64,000 bases of DNA from Cladosporium halotolerans (taxonomy: Eukaryota), in NCBI RefSeq assembly GCF_011745625.1, contig NW_027191470.1, positions 372,001-436,000 of the forward strand. Reading direction: 5' to 3'. Below are positions 57,100 through 64,000 of this stretch, piece after piece. The translations under genes and the position numbers were made by a program. The notes beneath the pieces were generated by a model, which was given only the letters and a program-made list of their open reading frames with translations, was not told the origin of the DNA and did no database searches. Within the stretch, counting starts at the first letter, position 1, and every line of letters begins with the position of its first letter.

Positions 57100-57760
57100 A
57101 TGGGCGACGTTGACGTTACGGCAAGCCAGTGGAGGCTCGTGGAGGTTGGCCGCGTTGTGCTGTTCGTTTCCGGCCCCTACGCCGGCAAGCTTGCTGCCAT
57201 CGCCGAGATCATCGACCACAAGCGTGTATGTGATCACCGAAATGGATGCCCCGAAGGATTGGAAAGAGACGCAAATCAGCAGCGAAGGGCATGAAGGAAT
57301 CGGAGGTTAACGTGTACAACACAGGTTCTCGTTGAGGGTCCCGCCTCCAACGCCGAGGACGTCGTTCCCCGCCAGTCCGCTCCTCTCTCGAACCTGTCGC
57401 TCACCCGCTTCGTCCTCGAGAAGCTGCCCCGTGGCGCCGGCACCGCCCCCCTCAGGAAGCAGTGGGAGGCCCAGGAGATCGAGAAGAAGTTCAACAACAG
57501 CGACTACGCCAAGAAGCGTGAGCAGACCACCAAGAGGAGGAACCTCAACGACTTCGAGCGTTTCAAGGTCATGCGCCTCAGGAAGCAGGTGAGTGCTGGA
57601 ATATGGGACCAGAGAATGCGACAAGGGAGCATGGAGAGAGGTCTTGGCTTGATCTGCTGTTCTCTGGTCTTGCGACTCGGGTGCAACGCGCAATACTGAC
57701 CTCAGTCTACAGGCCCGCTTCCAGGTCCGCAAGACCATGGCCGCTGCCAAGGCTGCGTAA
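57100..57760 (+). CDS. RPL14: 60S ribosomal protein L14 (eL14), 3 exons
   Basis: [24 protein letters not shown], intron 57226-57324, [21 protein letters not shown], intron 57589-57712, [15 protein letters not shown]. Confidence 0.96.
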
Positions 57761-58524
57761 ATTTGCAGTTCTCGAAACGACAATTCAAAATCAGGCTTGA
57801 ACGAGACGACTCAGGCTCAGAGCTTCTTTTAGACCGAATGCTCTTTGATCAGCAGGGTCGCAGGCGTCAATCAGGTGGAGACGGCAGGCATGCAGCTTCA
57901 GTAGCGTTTCGGAAAATGAGAGCTTGAAACTGCAACTGTCCTACGAGCGACTTTGATACCCGCGCAACAACTTGAAGGTGGAATGCAACATCGACACGTC
58001 TCTTTCCACCGGAAATGTTCTATCATCTGCCTTGGAGCCCCGTCATGAAAGCCGAGTCATCCACCGTCTTCCAAGCATAGGCCTCAGCATTGAAACCACA
58101 AGTACTCTGTAATCCGCCGTTCAAGTGAAGTCATGCAGATGTACAATGCCATGTGATTCTTCCACACTACCTTGAATTCCCGTGAATATGGAAAAATAGT
58201 CGTATTGCCCAACGGGCCTTGTATTCCCACGTGACTGGATACTTCGGCTTACCTGCCGTATACGTAAATTTGCAAATTGGCTGGGTGTGCGAACCGCATT
58301 GGAGAGCTCGACCCATCTCGAACAGGAAGCCTTGCTGGACAGCGCATTCCAAGACAACCAGGCCAGATTTGACAGTTTACAGTGAGTGCCGCCACAGCTC
58401 ATCCGATTGTGATTTTGCGCCATGCGCCAGCTCATTCGGCAATTTTGGCGTCTCTACATGTTCGTAACGACAGCTAGCTAACCTCGCTGTCTTGGCAGAC
58501 AACCGTCAACCTAATACCGCGAAT

Positions 58525-59197
58525 ATGTCGAACCCCCGTGTTGAAGAGCTCGTCGACGAGCCCGAGAAGAAGAACGTCAACGTCGAGGCCGACGAGAGCT
58601 CCGAGTCCGAGGCCGAGGCCGGCGAGGCCAACATCCCCGCAGGCGCTTCCGTCGCCATCCACAACAGGAACGAGAAGAAGGCGCGCAAGGCCATCGCCAA
58701 GCTCGGCCTGAAGCACGTCGAGGGCATCACCAGGGTCACTCTCAGGAGGCCCAAGAACATCCTCTTCGTCATCTCCCAGCCTGACGTCTACAAGAGCCCG
58801 AACAGCAACACTTGGATGTATGTTTGAGTCAAGCAAGAGATTGGTTAGATGGAGAATCGATACTGACACGGAGGACAGCATCTTCGGTGAGGCTAAGATC
58901 GAGGACCTCAACTCCCAGGCCCAGGCCCAGGCTGCCCAGCAGCTCGCCGCCCAGTCCGCCAACGAGCACGCTGGCCACGACCACTCCGCCGAGGGCGACA
59001 AGGGCAAGGCCGTCGCTGGTGCTGAGACCAAGGAGGAGGAGGAGGACGATGGTGAGGAGGTCGACGACACCGGTCTTGAGGCCAAGGACATCGAGCTTGT
59101 CATGGCCCAGGCCAGCGTGAGCAGGAAGAAGGCCGTCAAGGCCCTCAAGGAGAACGACAACGACATTGTCAACAGTATCATGGCTCTCAGCATATAG
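58525..59197 (+). CDS. EGD2: Nascent polypeptide-associated complex alpha subunit, 2 exons
   Basis: [41 protein letters not shown], intron 58818-58878, [13 protein letters not shown]-like tail [36 protein letters not shown]. Confidence 0.96.
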
Positions 59198-59703
59198 AGG
59201 ATTGTGGAGAAGTGACAGCATGCGAATTCGCGCTGTCTTCACGACTGGCTCTGGTGTGAGCTGCCGCGCTGCGGTGTACAATCAAAACTTCATGCTTCGA
59301 TGTGCAAAGGCGATCTCAGAGTTGTAACTTGAACGTGATGTGTAAATGGCATTGACAGAATGACGGCGACTTCGAAGCGTGTTCATATTCAAGACAATAC
59401 GTGAACGTCGGACGAATTCTGATGTTTACCAATAAGTTATTCCATCTGCAAATATTAACGATCGACCCTCGTTATAGCCAAATGAACGTTCCTTGAACTG
59501 TTATAAAGACCACGATTTATCTCTGGCGCAGAGCTTCAACGGCACTGCAGCTCGTCGTTGGAGCTGTTGCTGTTCGGCCATTCACGGAAGACTTGGCGGG
59601 CGGCGCTTGCCGCGCGCTGCTTCGGACCTCACACGCTCAGCATCCCTAGAGGAGCAAGCACACCACCCCGTCTCCCCTCACTACCAACCACACGACATCC
59701 ACA

Positions 59704-60511
59704 ATGGCCGTTTCCGTACGTACAGCCTCTTCCGATTCCCTCAATTCGAGCAATGCGCGCGATGCGATGCCCCTAGCCCCGACACCGCGCCCCGGGACCC
59801 CCGTCCTACTTTTTCCGAGATGGTGACAACCACCCACTAACACATCCGAACAGCGCAGCGCCGCCTCCAAGATCGACTGGGCCAACCTGGGCACCAAACT
59901 CGGCCTCCGCGGCACCACCGCCCAGGCCCTGCAGACCTTCAAGAAGCGCAACGACGACGCGCGCCGCAAGGTTCAGATCCTGTCCGAGCAGCCTCAGCAG
60001 GTCGACTTCGCGCACTACCGCAGCGTGCTCAAGAACTCCGCCGTCATCGACGACATCGAGAAGCAGTTCAACGGCTTCCAGGTCAAGAAGTACGACGTCG
60101 GCCGCCAGATCAAGGCCATTGAGGCCTACGAGGCCCAGGCCGTCAAGAGCGCCGAGGAGACCAAGAGCAAGGTCGACGCCGAGCTGAAGGACCTGGAGAA
60201 GACCCTCAAGAACATCGAGACCGCCAGGCCTTTCGAGGACCTCACTGTGGTGCGTATTCGCCGGCGCTGGAAAGCTCCGCGTGCGCGGAAGAAGAGGGGA
60301 AATCACGTGATAGGTGTATCTGACATTGCGCGCAGGACGAGGTTATTGCCGCCCGCCCCGAGATCGACCAGCGCGTCGAGCAGCTCGTGTCCAAGGGCCG
60401 CTGGAACGTTCCTGGCTACAAGGTAAATTGCCGTTTGGGCTTCGCTCCGAATCGACGAGATCAGGCTGACACCCCCCACAGGAGAAGTTCGGCGACCTTT
60501 CCGCGTTGTAG
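59704..60511 (+). CDS. ATP7: Mitochondrial ATP synthase subunit d, 4 exons
   Basis: MAVS, intron 59716-59853, [33 protein letters not shown], intron 60250-60335, [20 protein letters not shown], intron 60423-60481, EKFGDLSAL*. Confidence 0.95.
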
Positions 60512-63250
60512 AGGAAGTAGGGGAGATAGAAGATGCAGTAGCTGCTGCTGTGCTATAGTATCATTTGTACATAACCGCATCGAGGTTTTCTTTGCTTTCC
60601 ACGAGCCTGCATCGCCACCGAAGTCCTCCCATCTGTTGTGAGGCGGCCCCGTTGCATGCCATTTCCCTACCCTGACCACAATCGGAACCTACAACAGCTC
60701 TCAGCTCGCTATTCCACTTCCGAAAGCATTTTTCTGACATTCGACGTTCCCTCATCCCTGCGCTGTCAAAACGAGGCGTACGTTTGATACGAGCACAAGC
60801 CAAAACGAGCAAAAACGCAACCTCAAATGCCGTCAAACCATCTGCATGTTTCGCCGATAGCTCCTTCGCGGCTCTGAATGAGTAGATCCAGCTTCGCACT
60901 TAAAGGGATGAGACCATATCAACCTCGACGATCGTTCTGCTCAGATCTCGGCCCCTCACGTCCCAACATCCTACATTCAACCAAGCCCCAACTCAAAAGA
61001 GTAGCACGAGTGCGTCCACTGTTCGAGTTAGAAACCGAAGCTCAACAATATCGGAGGTGGTGCTCAGACAAGTCGCCGGTTACAATTCCCATCTCGCCCC
61101 ATTCATACAGTCCGACTTGCTGAAATTGCGCGAATGATCCTCCGTCGGCCACAGTTCGATATGACCGTAAGCATGATCATCTCTGCTGGTAATACGGGAT
61201 AGCTTGATCTATTTTTCAGACCGCAAGGGCGTCTTCAATCGCCCTCGTTTGGGAAGATAAAGATCGTGAATGGGAAATCGCACGCTGGAGACCTCCAGTG
61301 AAGCCGCTGGCATGTCCAAATCAACGACGAGGCAGAACTCGTCCAATCCTCCGCTAAACTCCATCCACCGACCACAATCGTGAGGGAACAAAAGCAACGA
61401 ACTCCTACCTACTCGAAGCATCATATCCAAAGACCACCTTACACGCCCACCTCCCTCTTCCAAAACCTGCCTACCAATCAATCCACTTTGCCCAATCCAG
61501 CAACACTACCTTCATACAAAATCTCGCAGCGACCACACAAACCATCACCCAATCATCACAATCGATCATCGCATACAGTACATCAAAACATCCACCGATC
61601 CCCAGAAACAATTCTCCTTACCTCACCAACCCCCTCCCTCGGAGTCATACCGACGACCACCCACAGCAGTGGGGCATCGCAATCTGCCCAAAAAGAAAAA
61701 CCTAACAGCCTACCTTAGGGCAGACCTCGAGATCAGATCCGAGGGCTTTTGCATGACTTACTCTACTCTACTCTGCATGACTAGGCAGCCCTGCCTGCGC
61801 CGTCGCGCTGCCGGGCAAAGCAAAGCAAAGCACGAAGAGACTTACCTTTGTGAGGTGCCGGAGGACGGGCGCCGAGGAAAGGCCTGACTTTACCTACCTA
61901 GACACACCGACTTGCTTACGCGCTCTCTGTTCTCTGATTGCCGGAGAGGAGACCTGGGGTGCCTGTGGGTTGGGGACGGCCGGCTTGGGCTTCGGTTCGC
62001 GGTGGTCTTCTGCACGTTGTTGGCTTTTGCTTTTTGCTCGCCTGGGCACGCGTTCAGACTGATCTGAGCCGGGCTCGAGATCGATGCACGACTCGACTCG
62101 ACTCGAGACGAGGCGAGCAGGTCAAAGTGAGCGTTACATCACATCACAGCCTCACTCGCTCCCTCTCTCATCTCCTTCCCACGCACGGCAGGCTCCGAAC
62201 GACCGAACATACGTACGTACGTGTCCGCTCAGCTCTCCTGGGCAGCGCGAAGATAGAGCAAGAGTGACATCAACCCCTCCCCTCGCCCCGATCGCCACAC
62301 CCACGCCGCCGAGCCCTCCCTCCAACCAACCTCAAGCGAGCCGCCCGCAGGCAGCACGATCGCAAGCAGGCTCTGAGGCGATCCGGAGGATTTGTCACAG
62401 GGGCCCTGTGCAGCCGTCCCATCCTCATCGCCCAGCAGAGCGGTGAAGACCGACCCCCCTCCCCTCCCAGCCTTTCTCTTCACAGCACGATCCAAGAGCC
62501 AGCGCCACGCCAGCGCGAGCAGAACCCCAAACAGAGAGGCCACCCCTGCAAGCAAGCAAGCACAGCCGGCCAGCCGGCCGGACGCAGCGCCCGCCTTCGG
62601 GCAAAGTGCCGCGCGCCCTCCCTCGCTGCCAGCTTGCTGCTGGGCCGCCATGCCTGATCGGAGCGAGCGAGCGGGCGCGAGCGAGGGTGTGTGTCGATCG
62701 CCCGGCGCAGCCCGTATCTCTGGGAACAGAGAGATCGCAATCGTGGCTTCGCTCGCTGCAGAGAACAGAACGAAGACGCTCACTCACTTACTCACAGAGA
62801 TCTGAAGACATAACGGGCGCGCGAGCGTTTTGCCCCTCCACCGGCGAAGCCAGCCCTGCGACGCCCAGCCCAGCGCACGCCTTTGAGTGACACGAAACGG
62901 GCTGGCAGAAGCGCGAAGCGCGCTGCGCTGCGCTTCACGATTGGGAAACCCTCGGCGTGTTCGTGCCAGGCCAGGCCAGGGCGGGAGGAACCTTCAAGCG
63001 GCCGGGGGGGTTGGGGCAAGGGGCTCGTGGGCTGGCTGCATACGTGTACGGGCGCGCGAGCGCGAGCGTGAAGGAAGGGGACGGACGCGTGCTGGGGGGT
63101 GGGTTTGGTTTGCTTTTGCCGTCGTCGGGCGGAGGAGGGGCTGGGGCTGTTTGACTCGTTCGTGTCGAGCGGGCGGCAGATGCCGTGGGGAGCGAGCCTG
63201 CGAGGGTGGGAAACGACTCCGGGTGGTGCGGCCCACTCGGTTCGCGCTCT

Positions 63251-63316
63251 GCTGGCGCTGGCGCTGGCGCTGGCGCTTGCTTCGTCTCGTCTGCAGGCAG
63301 GCAGGCAGGCAGGCAG
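63251..63316. repeat. Microsatellites (GCTGGC)4 and (GCAG)6
   Basis: Read directly at 63251-63274 and 63293-63316. Confidence 0.85.
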
Positions 63317-63747
63317 GCCTCCAGCCGGGAGTAGTGATGCGCGGCGGACTGACTACTCTGTGCTGTGCGGACTCCTGGGAGCGGCTTCCGGGAATGTGCA
63401 GATCGTGATGCGACGGGTGCTTGCAGGCTCGCGTCAGACATTGAGGGTGATCGGCCGGAGGCTTGCTCTGACTGGCAGGGCAGGGCGTGGGCAAGGGAGC
63501 TGTGCGGCCTTTTTCGGGCAGGGGAGGGGGATTCGGTTTGGTCTGGTGTGATAGCTGGGAGGGATGCTGGAGGACTAGCTAGGCTAGCTAGGCAGGCGTC
63601 TCCGACATGATCGCCCGCTCGGCCGGCGCACAGATGTAGCAGGTGTAGGGGGGGAGATAACTCGGTCGGTCAGCTTGGTCAGCTTGGCTGGCTGGCTGGA
63701 TGGATGAGCAAGGGCGAGCAGGGTAGAGACCGAGCAGCTCGAAGACG

Positions 63748-63749
<2 letters not shown>

Positions 63750-63782
<33 letters not shown>
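63750..63782. repeat. (GAC)11 microsatellite
   Basis: Eleven perfect GAC units. Confidence 0.9.
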
Positions 63783-64000
63783 ATCGGAAGGTCCACCGGC
63801 GTACGAACCACCCACACGTGCCCCCGCGATGCCTTTGCCCGCGCGAACTGGCGGGATGACATTCCATCCGCCGGCATATTCCATGCATCTCCACTTGCCA
63901 CCGTCCCGCCGGGGGGTGCGACAGGTCTGCAGCCAGCGCACGAGAGCCAGTAACAGAGCGCCGGCCGAACAGGCGTCCTCTGACCGCCACCAATTTTCGC

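Overview
Gene-dense eukaryotic DNA from a filamentous ascomycete. Short GT-AG introns with CTRAC-type branch points and the protein sequences suggest Pezizomycotina, probably Dothideomycetes (inference). I can support about 30 protein-coding genes, many reconstructed by hand across introns the ORF track misses. Housekeeping genes: MRC1 (partial), VPS8, CIA2, SNU114, ERG10, COQ6, DUT1, NDUFA2, MPC2, RPL14, EGD2, ATP7. Others include a PPR protein, a Zn2Cys6 factor, two permeases, two metallo-beta-lactamase-fold proteins, a LigB dioxygenase and an acyl-protein thioesterase. I found no tRNA, rRNA, transposon or CRISPR. The best candidate system is a head-to-head pair at 43.2-46.5 kb sharing a GATA-rich promoter: a glutamine-synthetase-like gamma-glutamyl-amine ligase and an SDR resembling the one in actinobacterial glnA4 (ethanolamine gamma-glutamylation) clusters. 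Other leads are a possible ADP-ribosyltransferase-fold orphan with an odd 5' structure, a single-base frameshift in an EthD-like gene, MCB clusters at MRC1 and DUT1, tandem uORFs before the Zn2Cys6 factor, and a recurring C-rich to G-rich skew flip. All family assignments come from recalled motifs, not database searches.
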